Shown: in pieces, positions 45,854 to 55,272 of the stretch
How positions within the stretch are numbered: position 1 is the stretch's first letter
How the letters are laid out: the number at the start of each line of letters is the position of its first letter
Sequence record: SRR20825019_389
Reading direction: 5' to 3' (one strand)
DNA: 55,371 bases
Program-made: the position numbers and the translations under genes
Notes under the pieces: generated by a model
The model's input: only the letters and a program-made list of their open reading frames with translations
The model's database searches: none
Told to the model about the DNA's origin: nothing

Positions 45854-48313
45854 ATGGCTACATCAAAAAATAAATTTACCTTAAAGATAATTTTCAGCTA
45901 CCTCATTTTGGTAGCATTAGCCTTTCTTGTTGGTCTGTTTTTATATTCTGAATTTAAAAAATACAATGCTCAAGCAAATGAAAAGCAAGGTGAAAAAAAA
46001 TTCATTGAAACCGGAATGCTTATTAATTTGGTATATGAAACAGATGGATTTTCTAGACTTGCACTTTTAACTGAAAATGATGCTGACTTTGAAAAGTATA
46101 TGTCTAAAACCGATTCTCTTTTTAACAAAATTGAAGAAATAAAATTACTTAGCACTAACACTTTTCAAGTAAAGCAATTGGATAGTGTAAAAAAATTAGT
46201 TGCAGAAAAAAATCGAAATATTGAGCAACTTCGTATTCTTCGATTAACAAATCAAAAGGACACTTCCTTGGATGATATTATGCGAGAAGTGCGAAAATTG
46301 GAAGCTTCTATAGGTTTAAATTCGGTTGAATCTATGGTAAAAAACCCATCAAACCTTAGCAATCGAGATCGAAAAATTTGGCAAGCGTATGCCGAATATC
46401 TTAACAGCAGTTCACTTCGAGATACATCTACTGTAAAATCTAAAACAGTTGATTCCATGCTTACTGCTTCACGATATATTGTTGCGGAAGCAAAAAAAGA
46501 AAATTCAAGAATTCGGGAATCTTTAATGCAAAAAGAGAATGAATTAATTAAAAATGATCTTAATATTTCGGAGCGTCTGCGTGAAATAATAGCAAGTTTT
46601 GATCGCGAAATTGCAAAAAATAATAACCTCGAAAAAAAACAACGTGCAGCCACCATTTCGCGAACAAGTGAAATTTTAAAGTTTGCAGGCATTTTGGGTG
46701 GTGTTGTGGTGCTACTATTTTCTTACTTTATATTATCCGATTTTTTTAAGGCAGAACGCTTCAAAAAAAACCTAGAAGAATCAAAAAACTATGCCGAATC
46801 CTTACTTAAAAGCCGCGAACAATTAATTTCAACAGTAAGCCATGATTTAAAAACACCCTTAAATACAATTAGCGGTTATTCTGAATTATTTGAAAACTCT
46901 AATTTATCTGTAAAACAGAAATATTATTTATCACAAATTACATCTAGCTCACATTTTATTTCACATTTGGTTGATGATTTGCTGGATTTCTCAAAACTTG
47001 AAGCTGGTAAATTGCCTATTGAAAGCATCCCTTTTTCATTAGAAAACATAATAGCAGATGCTGCAAATGCCGTTAAACAGCTCCATCTTCAAAAACCAAT
47101 TTCATTAAAAATTTCATTTCCAGAAGAATTAAAAGGAGATTTTTTTGAAAGTGATCCGTTACGTATTCGGCAAATACTAAACAATTTAGTTGGTAATGCT
47201 TTTAAATTTACAGAAGCTGGAACTATTGAAATAAAAGTAGAAGAAATTGAAAAAAGTGACACACTTTCAAAATTAAAAATCGCTGTAATTGATACAGGTA
47301 TTGGTATTTCAAAAGAAAAACAAGAACTTATTTTTAATGAATTTACCCAAGCAGAAGCAGACATAGCAACTAAATTTGGCGGAAGTGGTTTGGGGTTAGC
47401 AATTTCAAAAAAACTAACCAAATTATTGGGTGGAACCCTTCAAGTTGAAAGCGAACTTCATAAAGGAAGCAACTTCATATTAACGCTGCCAATGAAAAAA
47501 ACCACACGAATTTTATCAAAAAACACATCTGAAAAAGCTCAAATTTTACCCAGTTTAAAAGCAGTTATTATTGATGATGATGAAGCAATGCGCTCCCTTT
47601 TGACCGAAATTTTTGAACAAATGAATATTTCTTCAAATGCATTTAGCAGTTTTAAAAATTTCGCAAATTCCAAAATAGCCTGCGATTTTGACTTTTTATT
47701 AACCGATATACAAATGCCAAATACTGATGGCTTCACTGTATTGAAAAAACTAAAAAATGGAGAAGTCACTTTCTATAACGATCAACCCATTATAGCAATG
47801 ACTGGAAGCAGAGAACACAATCGTGACTTTTATTTTGAAAAAGGATTTGCCGAAATGCTGTCTAAACCTTTTTCAAAAAAAGAACTTGTAAGTGTATTAG
47901 AGAAATTATTTTCTGCTAAAATAAATAATTCATCAGCAGAGAATTGGAATGAAAAAATTCAAAAAAAATCTATTAAAACTGAAAAATATGACCTTTCACT
48001 TTTAATGTCTTTTTTAAACACACCGCAGGCACTTGAAGAAGTTCTTGAAGTATTTAACACACAATCTGAAAAAGATTTACAACAAATAAAAGCGTTTATT
48101 TCAGAAAAAAATATTGAAGAAATCGAAGAAATAACTCACCGAATGCTTACCATGTTTCGTCAATTAAAAGCAAAAGAAGTAATTCCTATTTTAGAAAAAA
48201 TGGAGCATTATTCATCGCAAAATATAGATTCTATTACAATGAAGATGGATTTTGAAAAGCTCTCTATGAATGTTAGAGATTTACAAAAAGCGCTTAAAAG
48301 TAGAAAATTTTAA
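45854..48313 (+). CDS. Hybrid sensor kinase (periplasmic domain, HisKA, HATPase, receiver, HPt-like end)
   Basis: SHDLKTPL, NLVGNAFKFT, GGSGLGL, IIDDD/TDIQMP/KP, C-terminal helical HRM. Confidence 0.9.
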   Translation: MATSKNKFTLKIIFSYLILVALAFLVGLFLYSEFKKYNAQANEKQGEKKFIETGMLINLVYETDGFSRLALLTENDADFEKYMSKTDSLFNKIEEIKLLSTNTFQVKQLDSVKKLVAEKNRNIEQLRILRLTNQKDTSLDDIMREVRKLEASIGLNSVESMVKNPSNLSNRDRKIWQAYAEYLNSSSLRDTSTVKSKTVDSMLTASRYIVAEAKKENSRIRESLMQKENELIKNDLNISERLREIIASFDREIAKNNNLEKKQRAATISRTSEILKFAGILGGVVVLLFSYFILSDFFKAERFKKNLEESKNYAESLLKSREQLISTVSHDLKTPLNTISGYSELFENSNLSVKQKYYLSQITSSSHFISHLVDDLLDFSKLEAGKLPIESIPFSLENIIADAANAVKQLHLQKPISLKISFPEELKGDFFESDPLRIRQILNNLVGNAFKFTEAGTIEIKVEEIEKSDTLSKLKIAVIDTGIGISKEKQELIFNEFTQAEADIATKFGGSGLGLAISKKLTKLLGGTLQVESELHKGSNFILTLPMKKTTRILSKNTSEKAQILPSLKAVIIDDDEAMRSLLTEIFEQMNISSNAFSSFKNFANSKIACDFDFLLTDIQMPNTDGFTVLKKLKNGEVTFYNDQPIIAMTGSREHNRDFYFEKGFAEMLSKPFSKKELVSVLEKLFSAKINNSSAENWNEKIQKKSIKTEKYDLSLLMSFLNTPQALEEVLEVFNTQSEKDLQQIKAFISEKNIEEIEEITHRMLTMFRQLKAKEVIPILEKMEHYSSQNIDSITMKMDFEKLSMNVRDLQKALKSRKF

Positions 48314-49686
48314 AGCTCTATTTGGTACAGCTCAAGTTTATTATAAAGTGTTTTTCGGGTAATGTTTAACAGTTTTGCAGCTTTAGACTTGTTGAAATCA
48401 GCTTGTTTTAAGGCATTTAAAATAAGTCGCTTTTCATTACTTTCTTTTGAAAAATCTACGGTTTGCTTTGCTTCCCTCTTAGTAAAAAGTACCTCTCTTG
48501 GAATCACTTCTAAAGGAATCGTTGCTGTATTAGTTAATAAAACAGAACGTTTAATTACGTTTTTCAATTCCCGTAAATTACCAGGCCAATTATAACTTTT
48601 AAAAGCTTCTTCTACTTCTTTTGATAGCCCCATTACTTCTTTTCCTAGAGCAATATTTGCTTCATTTAAAAAATACTCTATAAAGAGAAAAAAATCTTCT
48701 TTTCGTTCCTGAAGTGAAGGAATATGTATAGAAAACTCATTTAAACGATGGTATAAGTCTTCCCGAAATTTACCTTCAGAAACAGCCTGTAACAAATCTT
48801 CATTAGTTGCTGAAAGTATACGTACATCTACATTAATTTCAGTATTACTTCCCACAGGTTTTATTCTTCGCTCCTGCAAAGCACGCAATAATTGTATCTG
48901 ATTTTCATAGGAAAGGTTTCCAACCTCATCTAAAAAAAGTGTCCCACCATCAGCTGCTTCAAAATGACCTTTTTTGTCGTTAACTGCTCCTGTAAAACTT
49001 CCTTTAATATGACCAAAAAATTCACTGGCAGCAATCTCTTTCGGAATTGCACCACAATCTACTGCAATAAAATTTTTATCTTTTCTGTCACTGTAATTAT
49101 GAATAGCTTTTGCAGCAACTTCTTTTCCTGTTCCACTTTCACCCTGAATTAGCACACACATATTTGTAGGACCAACAAGTTTTATATAATCATTAAACTT
49201 TTTGGAAGACTCACTGATTCCAACAACAAAATGCGGCTTTTCGGCATTAACATTTGTTGAAGGGTTTTGCTTTACTTGGGTATAATTTGATTTAGTTGTT
49301 GCTATAAATTTTTCTGAAGATTCTGTTTTATGAGTATTTTCTTCAATAATCATAAGTAATTCCTCAGGACGAAAAGGCTTCGAAATATAATCTAATGCGC
49401 CTTTTTTTATAGCTTTAACAGCTGTATCTACTTCAGCATAGCCCGTCATTAAAATTACCTTAGTTGTAGGAGATATTTTGTAGGAATACTCTAACAGATC
49501 TAAACCTGAATCATCTGGCAATTTTAAATCTGTAATTAAAAAATCAACTGTATTTTCACCAATAGTTTTTCTAGCATTTTCACCCGTAAGGGAAACCGTA
49601 ACCAGAAACCCTTGTCGTTCTAAAAAAGACGTAAGCATTTTACCAAAGGCTACGTCATCTTCAACTATATGTATTTTCTGCACCAT
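48310..49686 (-). CDS. NtrC-family sigma-54-dependent response regulator
   Basis: Receiver, GESGTGKE, GSFTGA, FLDEV, WPGNLREL, Fis HTH. Confidence 0.93.
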   Translation of the reverse strand: MVQKIHIVEDDVAFGKMLTSFLERQGFLVTVSLTGENARKTIGENTVDFLITDLKLPDDSGLDLLEYSYKISPTTKVILMTGYAEVDTAVKAIKKGALDYISKPFRPEELLMIIEENTHKTESSEKFIATTKSNYTQVKQNPSTNVNAEKPHFVVGISESSKKFNDYIKLVGPTNMCVLIQGESGTGKEVAAKAIHNYSDRKDKNFIAVDCGAIPKEIAASEFFGHIKGSFTGAVNDKKGHFEAADGGTLFLDEVGNLSYENQIQLLRALQERRIKPVGSNTEINVDVRILSATNEDLLQAVSEGKFREDLYHRLNEFSIHIPSLQERKEDFFLFIEYFLNEANIALGKEVMGLSKEVEEAFKSYNWPGNLRELKNVIKRSVLLTNTATIPLEVIPREVLFTKREAKQTVDFSKESNEKRLILNALKQADFNKSKAAKLLNITRKTLYNKLELYQIEL

Positions 49687-49747
49687 TCCGTTTTCTATGA
49701 ACGTAAAAATAGTAAGGAAATGAGTGGGCAAACTTTAAAATTATCAT

Positions 49748-49780
49748 AAAAAAAGGTGTCCATAATTTGGACACCTTTTT
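49748..49780 (-). terminator. Intrinsic terminator
   Basis: AAAAAGGTGTCCA / TGGACACCTTTTT. Confidence 0.88.
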
Positions 49781-49811
49781 CAGAAGTATTGAATCTAAAA
49801 ATACCTACAGC

Positions 49812-50195
49812 TTATTGCTTCTTTGTTTCATTTTTAATCCACTCACCATTTGCATTTGCGTATGCAGTTGCAGCTTTTTTACCTGCTGTTGTAAGTTCGA
49901 TTTTGTATTCCCCATTGGCATTCACATAAGCTTTAGAGATGGTTGCACCGTTAAAATCTTTAGCTACTGCGTCTTTAACAGCTTGTGGTAATTCAGAAGA
50001 TTTTACTTCTTTATAATCTTGAACAGGTTCAGCAATTATAGCAGCATCTTGAGCAGCATCCAATTTGCTTTCAACTTGTGCTTCAACAGCTGTTTGCGTT
50101 TGCTCATTCATTGCTGTTGGTTTCTTTTCGGTTTGCGCTGTTACTGCGGTTAAACCTCCTAATACGATTGCTGTACTTAAAATTAACTTTTTCAT
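49812..50195 (-). CDS. Secreted small protein with PepSY-like domain
   Basis: Signal peptide; ELPQAVKDAV...ATISKAY...YKIEL...ANGEWI. Confidence 0.75.
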   Translation of the reverse strand: MKKLILSTAIVLGGLTAVTAQTEKKPTAMNEQTQTAVEAQVESKLDAAQDAAIIAEPVQDYKEVKSSELPQAVKDAVAKDFNGATISKAYVNANGEYKIELTTAGKKAATAYANANGEWIKNETKKQ

Positions 50196-50261
50196 AATGA
50201 TTGTTTTTTTTTGTTTTAAAAATATTTATTCGTTTCTAAGTTTGTTTGTTGTTCTGTATAT

Positions 50262-50277
50262 AGAAAAAGTAGTGCCA
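50262..50277 (-). promoter_or_regulatory. Putative sigma-54 (-24/-12) promoter
   Basis: TGGCACTACTTTTTCT: canonical TGGCAC, but TC instead of GC at -12. Confidence 0.55.
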
Positions 50278-50361
50278 GAGAAATAAAGCGACAAAACAAT
50301 TCGCTAAAAATCTAAAAAACAGTGTTTTGAAGTTTTATCGTTTTTTTATGCCGAAAAGAAA

Positions 50362-50402
50362 TGTGTGTAAAATGTAGGACAAGTGTGTAAAAAATACACA
50401 CT
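50362..50402. promoter_or_regulatory. Putative enhancer (UAS) for the adjacent NtrC-like activator
   Basis: GTGTGTAAAA at 50363 and 50383; palindrome AGTGTGTA-N5-TACACACT at 50382..50402. Confidence 0.55.
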
Positions 50403-50427
50403 AACTGTATAAAGAACCGTATAAAAA

Positions 50428-50832
50428 CTAATCTATTTTTGGAGGTTTCCGATTGGATTTTTTAAATGCGTGCTCTTTTTTTGATTTTAAGCGTCTTTCA
50501 ATAGCGCCTTTTGAAGGTTTTGTTTTTTTACGCAGCTTTGCCACTTTTAGATTTTGTTGGAGTAAAGCTATCAATCGCTCAATAACAATCGTTTTATTTC
50601 GATGCTGGCTCCTGGTTTCGCCACATTGTATGATTAAAATCCCTTCTGAAGAAATTTTATTAGAAAGTTTATGGCGTAGTCTTTCTTTTTCATTTTCTGA
50701 AAGTGCTTCTGAAGATTCTAAATGAAAAGCAACTTCAACTTTTGAAGCCGTTTTATTAACGTGTTGCCCGCCAGGCCCACTGCTGCGAATGGCTTTAAAG
50801 GTTAGTTCAGAAATTAGAATATCTGTATTCAT
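50428..50832 (-). CDS. arfB: Alternative ribosome rescue peptidyl-tRNA hydrolase ArfB
   Basis: RSSGPGGQHVNK, RSQHRN, basic C-terminal tail. Confidence 0.93.
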   Translation of the reverse strand: MNTDILISELTFKAIRSSGPGGQHVNKTASKVEVAFHLESSEALSENEKERLRHKLSNKISSEGILIIQCGETRSQHRNKTIVIERLIALLQQNLKVAKLRKKTKPSKGAIERRLKSKKEHAFKKSNRKPPKID

Positions 50833-52355
50833 TTTGGCTGGTGTACATCATTCAACAAATCATTCACCGTTTTTACAGGATTAAAAGTACTAAGAGGCAC
50901 TTCCACAAAAACAGTGTTCCAATTAGCCATTGCTCCATTCCAAAGTCCAGGCATTTCCAGTGCTTTTATTGGTTTGCCTTGAAATGATTTTTCTGAAATA
51001 AAACCTGAATCTGGATCAGAAAACTCCAAAAGGTTATATTTTTCACCTTTATAATTACGAACCCCACACACCAAATCTACAGGATTAAAATGCGTGGCCT
51101 TTTCAACCAAGCTTTTTTGAGTAGGGTTTTTCATATCAATTTGTGACATTTCAACAATTTGATACGATTGGTCTCCATTTTTATTTTTTATAAGAAAAGG
51201 GCCGCCACCAGGAGCTCCCGTATTTTCAACCACACCACATATACGTGTTGGGCGTTCCAATATTTTTAGAATCGCTTCCTTATTAGTAGGAATGTTTTTT
51301 AGTTTTAATTCTTCAGAAATAAAATGCGCTGCTTCTTGTAATAAATTTTCGGAAGCATTCTCTGAAGAAATTTTTTCAGCAAAACTGAAGATTTTCTGCT
51401 GTAGTGAATATAATTTTCCTGCAAGTACTTTTTTCTGAAAAGCAACAGTTTCAATATACTGTTCTGAAACCACATTGTCTATATTTTTAATAAAAATGAC
51501 ATCCGCATTAACATCATTCAAGTTTTCCAATAATGCGCCGTGACCAGAAGGACGAAAAAGTAAATTTCCATTTTCATCCAAAAAAGCTTTATTTTCGGGA
51601 GTTGTGGCAATAGTATCTGTCTCTTTTTTCTGAAAAGAGTACGAAATATTAAACTTCACCCCAGTTTTACTTTCTACCGATTGTTTTATTTCATCAAATC
51701 GTCTTTTAAACTTTTCTTCGTGTTGTGCAGAAACCGTAAAGTGCAAATTTGCACACCTTTTTGATCTCGCATAAAAAGCAGCTTCATATAATTGCTCTCC
51801 AAAAGCGGTTACATAATTTGCTCCATATTTATGAAATGGGACAAGTCCTTTTGGCGTATTACTGAAATTTAAGCCAGATTCTTCAAGCATTTCTTGTACA
51901 AAATAATAGTATTTTTTTTCCAGCGAGAGCTCGTGATAATCAAGGTATTTGTTTTCTAATTTTTTAGTTATCAAGCCTGAAAAAGCAAATTTTTCTATTG
52001 AACTAAAAAAAGTATTTAGATTTTTGTTTTCTTCTTTTTCAAGAAAAACATCAATAGCATCATTTTCTGGATTAAAATTCTCTAAAAACTGATGTAAAAA
52101 CTTAAACATTCGTGTTGCAGCTCCAGAAGCTGGAACAAACTTTACTATTTCAAGCTTCTCTTTTTCGTTTTCAAATAAAGAAGCATAATATTGTTGTTCT
52201 TCATCTGAAAATTTTTCAATCCCGCTTCCAATTTCTGCGGCTTCAACTATATTGGTAAAGGGAATTCCTTCTTTAAAAATTGCAAGTTGATGGTTTACTT
52301 TAGCTTCTGTAAGTCCGTGATTATTTATTTGACGTAGGTTTTTTTCAGTGAGCAT
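50829..52355 (-). CDS. DUF4301-family protein (nucleotide-diphospho-sugar transferase-like)
   Basis: KFVPASGAATRMFK, RPSGHGALL, KNIDNV, GGGPF, THFNPVD, FNPVKTVNDLL. Confidence 0.85.
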   Translation of the reverse strand: MLTEKNLRQINNHGLTEAKVNHQLAIFKEGIPFTNIVEAAEIGSGIEKFSDEEQQYYASLFENEKEKLEIVKFVPASGAATRMFKFLHQFLENFNPENDAIDVFLEKEENKNLNTFFSSIEKFAFSGLITKKLENKYLDYHELSLEKKYYYFVQEMLEESGLNFSNTPKGLVPFHKYGANYVTAFGEQLYEAAFYARSKRCANLHFTVSAQHEEKFKRRFDEIKQSVESKTGVKFNISYSFQKKETDTIATTPENKAFLDENGNLLFRPSGHGALLENLNDVNADVIFIKNIDNVVSEQYIETVAFQKKVLAGKLYSLQQKIFSFAEKISSENASENLLQEAAHFISEELKLKNIPTNKEAILKILERPTRICGVVENTGAPGGGPFLIKNKNGDQSYQIVEMSQIDMKNPTQKSLVEKATHFNPVDLVCGVRNYKGEKYNLLEFSDPDSGFISEKSFQGKPIKALEMPGLWNGAMANWNTVFVEVPLSTFNPVKTVNDLLNDVHQPK

Positions 52356-52356
52356 A

Positions 52357-52932
52357 TTATTTTTTCTTCAGCAATGTGTCAATAATTTTGACTGCTTTTT
52401 CAATTCTTTCTTTTTCGTTACCTATTAAAACTTGATACGGAAATTCATTTTTAATTAATTCATTTTCAAAAACTTGAAACATCTCTTCGCGATTATTTGG
52501 TCTGTCCCGCAAATCGTCTGCTTGCCATGGTGTATCAATATAGGTTAAAAGGTAGATGCTATAATTGTTTTTGGTTGCTTCGCTTTTTATTTCAGCAGGG
52601 CAAAATCCATTGTAATAATATTCAGAATACACTTTTAATTCCAACAAATTAGTGTCGCAAATAAGCAAGTTATCAACCTGTTGTGACGTTTTACTTTCAA
52701 GCGCTAATTGTCCTTTTGCAATAGGAATTAAATCTTTCTTTTCAACTAATTCTTTTTTAGAATCCCATTTTTCTTGAAGGTATTCGCGCATAAACTCGGG
52801 TACCCAAAGCGTATTATAATGTGCAGCCAAATGTTTAGCCAAGGTAGTTTTTCCAGTAGATTCCGGGCCGTAAAGCACTACTTTGATTAGTGTATCAGAC
52901 TGGTTTCGGGTTTGTTTATGTTTTTCTTCCAC
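52357..52932 (-). CDS. NadR-type kinase/ATPase domain protein (AAA_28)
   Basis: GPESTGKTT Walker A, PEFMRE, ICDT, PWQADDLR. Confidence 0.85.
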   Translation of the reverse strand: MEEKHKQTRNQSDTLIKVVLYGPESTGKTTLAKHLAAHYNTLWVPEFMREYLQEKWDSKKELVEKKDLIPIAKGQLALESKTSQQVDNLLICDTNLLELKVYSEYYYNGFCPAEIKSEATKNNYSIYLLTYIDTPWQADDLRDRPNNREEMFQVFENELIKNEFPYQVLIGNEKERIEKAVKIIDTLLKKK

Positions 52933-53525
52933 GCGCGGTATCCATATATTGAAATAATAACAAATAATATAAATTGAAATGATGTAAAAATCAATCCTTT
53001 GTAAAAATACAGTGGTATTGAAATTACATTACCAATTAGCAAAAATATCCAGTTTTCTAGTTTTTTTCGAGCTAAAAGCCACATTGCTACAAAAAATATA
53101 GCAGTAGTTAGTGTATCAACATATGCGGTCCAACTCGTCCATTTGTCGAAAATTTCGTAGATTATATATATAAAAATTAAAGTGGCTATAAATATAAAAA
53201 GTGATATTTTCTTTTCTTTTGAATTCGTTGTGGTTATCGGAGTATAATGCTCAGCATCAACCTTTCGCGTCCATACATACCAACCATAAATACTCATTGA
53301 AAAATAATAGGCATTTATAACTAAATCGCCTAAAAGTCCATAATAAGCAAGGATGTATACAAAAATAGCCGTGCTTAAAATTCCTGTTGGATAGATCAGA
53401 ATATTGTTTTGTTTAGAAAACCAAGCACTCAATATGCCGAATCCTATTCCAAGAAGCTCAAGAGTTATAATAAATGTTGGAACAGCATTGTATTGTGCAA
53501 AAAACCAATCAAAAATGTGGCTCAT
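52887..53525 (-). CDS. pnuC: PnuC-family vitamin transporter
   Basis: YGWYVW, DTLTT, ARKKLENW, YGYRAW. Confidence 0.9.
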   Translation of the reverse strand: MSHIFDWFFAQYNAVPTFIITLELLGIGFGILSAWFSKQNNILIYPTGILSTAIFVYILAYYGLLGDLVINAYYFSMSIYGWYVWTRKVDAEHYTPITTTNSKEKKISLFIFIATLIFIYIIYEIFDKWTSWTAYVDTLTTAIFFVAMWLLARKKLENWIFLLIGNVISIPLYFYKGLIFTSFQFILFVIISIYGYRAWKKNINKPETSLIH

Positions 53526-53769
53526 AATCGCTTCTATCTGATTTTACAATTTTTATATAAAGCAAACCTCTCTCAACAGCTTCTAAAGCAATTTTCATTT
53601 CCTTTTGAAGCAGCCCCATAACCGCATCATAATCGCCGTAAATCTGTGTGCTTAAAGGGTTTTCCAGCACTGTAAGACCAGAATTTCGTAGGTTTTTTAT
53701 AAGATTGATAATTGCAGGTTCAAAATCGTCTTGCAATGGGGTAAGTGTCAGTTCTACTGAGATTTTCAT
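53509..53769 (-). CDS. Thiamine-binding-like protein (DUF77/YkoF-like)
   Basis: ISVELTLTPL...NPLSTQIYGDYD pattern; overlaps the pnuC start. Confidence 0.7.
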   Translation of the reverse strand: MKISVELTLTPLQDDFEPAIINLIKNLRNSGLTVLENPLSTQIYGDYDAVMGLLQKEMKIALEAVERGLLYIKIVKSDRSDYEPHF

Positions 53770-53815
53770 TTTCATTAAATTTTCATTCAAAGTTACAATT
53801 ATAAAAGTATTTCGT

Positions 53816-53835
53816 TAGCAGTGGCAGCTGGCAGT
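53816..53835. repeat. Degenerate heptamer repeat (GCAG core)
   Basis: TAGCAGT GGCAGC TGGCAGT. Confidence 0.45.
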
Positions 53836-53844
53836 TTTGAAATT

Positions 53845-54537
53845 TCATTCATATGCAGTTCCCATCACAATCATAGCAGCTCCCGCCTTGTATGCCGTTT
53901 CTTTTTGCACTTCTGTTTTTATCCCACCACCTACAATTAATGGAATATTGATTGCTTTATTTACTTCGGAAATAATTTGAGGGTTTACGGGAAATTTCGC
54001 ACCGCTACCAGCTTCCAAATAAATTAATTTAGCACCCATAAATTGTCCTGCAACTGCCGTATGCACAATCTGGTCTACATTTTGCTGCGAAAGTGGTTCG
54101 GTATTAGTAACCTTTGAAACTGCTGAAACATTTCCGCCATCAATTAAAATATAGCCTGTCGGAATTATTTCCAATGCAGAATTTTTTAATTTCGAAATTG
54201 ATTTAAGTTGCTGGCCTATCAAATATTCAGGATTTCTCCCAGAAAGCAAGCTTAAAAATAACAGCGCATCCGCAAGTGTCGTAATTTGTGAATAATCTCC
54301 CGGAAAAAGAAAAATAGGAAGTTTTGTTTCTGCTTTTAATACGCTTACCGTTTGGTCTGTTACACCATTTTCAACTGTGCTTCCTCCTACAAAAAGATGT
54401 GTGGTTTCTTTAGGAATTTTCTTCAAAAAAGGTGTTGTTTCAGAAGTAGAAAACTTGTCTGGATCAATTAGAATAGCAAGTTGTTTTTCTTTTTTGGTAA
54501 CAGCTTTTAAAATAGAGTTGTAAAAAAAATCTTCCAT
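53845..54537 (-). CDS. pcrB: Geranylgeranylglyceryl/heptaprenylglyceryl phosphate synthase
   Basis: LIDPDK, FVGGS, LFPG, YLEAGSGA, IVGGGI. Confidence 0.9.
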   Translation of the reverse strand: MEDFFYNSILKAVTKKEKQLAILIDPDKFSTSETTPFLKKIPKETTHLFVGGSTVENGVTDQTVSVLKAETKLPIFLFPGDYSQITTLADALLFLSLLSGRNPEYLIGQQLKSISKLKNSALEIIPTGYILIDGGNVSAVSKVTNTEPLSQQNVDQIVHTAVAGQFMGAKLIYLEAGSGAKFPVNPQIISEVNKAINIPLIVGGGIKTEVQKETAYKAGAAMIVMGTAYE

Positions 54538-55176
54538 TTACTGCTTTTCAGAAATAAGAGCATATGCACAAGTAAAGCCATCAAACTCTAGGAAATCAAC
54601 ATCGTACTTTTCGTGTTTGTTGTCAAAAGTAACAGCAGCAGTGGTTTTAGAATCCTCAAGCATAAACTCTTCTACATAAATATTTTCTAGAAAGCTCACT
54701 CCTTTTTCGGCAAAACTTTTATAAAGTGATTCCTTAGCGCACCAAACTATGGTAAGTTTGCGCATCATTGCATCTTCATTTGCAATGGTTCTGTATTCTT
54801 CAATGGGCGTAAATTTATGTGCAATTCGCAGAATTTTATTACGCTGCATTTCTATATCAATTCCTACTTCGGTATCGCTAATAATTATTGCTGAATAATT
54901 AAAGGAATGTGTTATTGAAATATGCTTTTCATCTTTTAAATGTGGCTTCCCATTTTCGTCATAATACAAATCAAAATCTGTATAACCTTCCAAAGCCAAC
55001 AAATGCCGAATACTCATAAATCCACGACGATGTAGATCACTTTTCATAGAATCTACCCTGTTTGCACAGTTCAGGGTAAGATTTATACCTTCTGAAAGGA
55101 GTTCAAAGGATTCTTCAATCTTCCAAATGAAGACTTTAGTGTGTTCGTTAACTGTTATAGTTTTGTAAAGTGCCAT
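54538..55176 (-). CDS. 4'-phosphopantetheinyl transferase superfamily protein
   Basis: NGKP, SITHS, VGIDIE, WCAKESLYK. Confidence 0.9.
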   Translation of the reverse strand: MALYKTITVNEHTKVFIWKIEESFELLSEGINLTLNCANRVDSMKSDLHRRGFMSIRHLLALEGYTDFDLYYDENGKPHLKDEKHISITHSFNYSAIIISDTEVGIDIEMQRNKILRIAHKFTPIEEYRTIANEDAMMRKLTIVWCAKESLYKSFAEKGVSFLENIYVEEFMLEDSKTTAAVTFDNKHEKYDVDFLEFDGFTCAYALISEKQ

Positions 55177-55272
55177 AGACTTTCAAAGGATATTTCGTAT
55201 TTTTGCAGACTTAAAACTAGAAAAATAAATTTTTAATACATGCCCGCCTTAACGGGTATAAATATAACAAAT

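Noticed and set aside
278-50725. Numerous 60-155 aa ORFs antisense or out of frame to recognised genes (e.g. 278..583, 7548..7979, 8261..8728, 30218..30634, 46252..46692)
   Set aside because: Shadow ORFs fully overlapping well-supported genes, with no recognisable motifs
55241-55258. Hairpin in the ahcY leader as a possible SAH/SAM riboswitch
   Set aside because: A single small stem in a short AT-rich leader; no recognisable aptamer consensus
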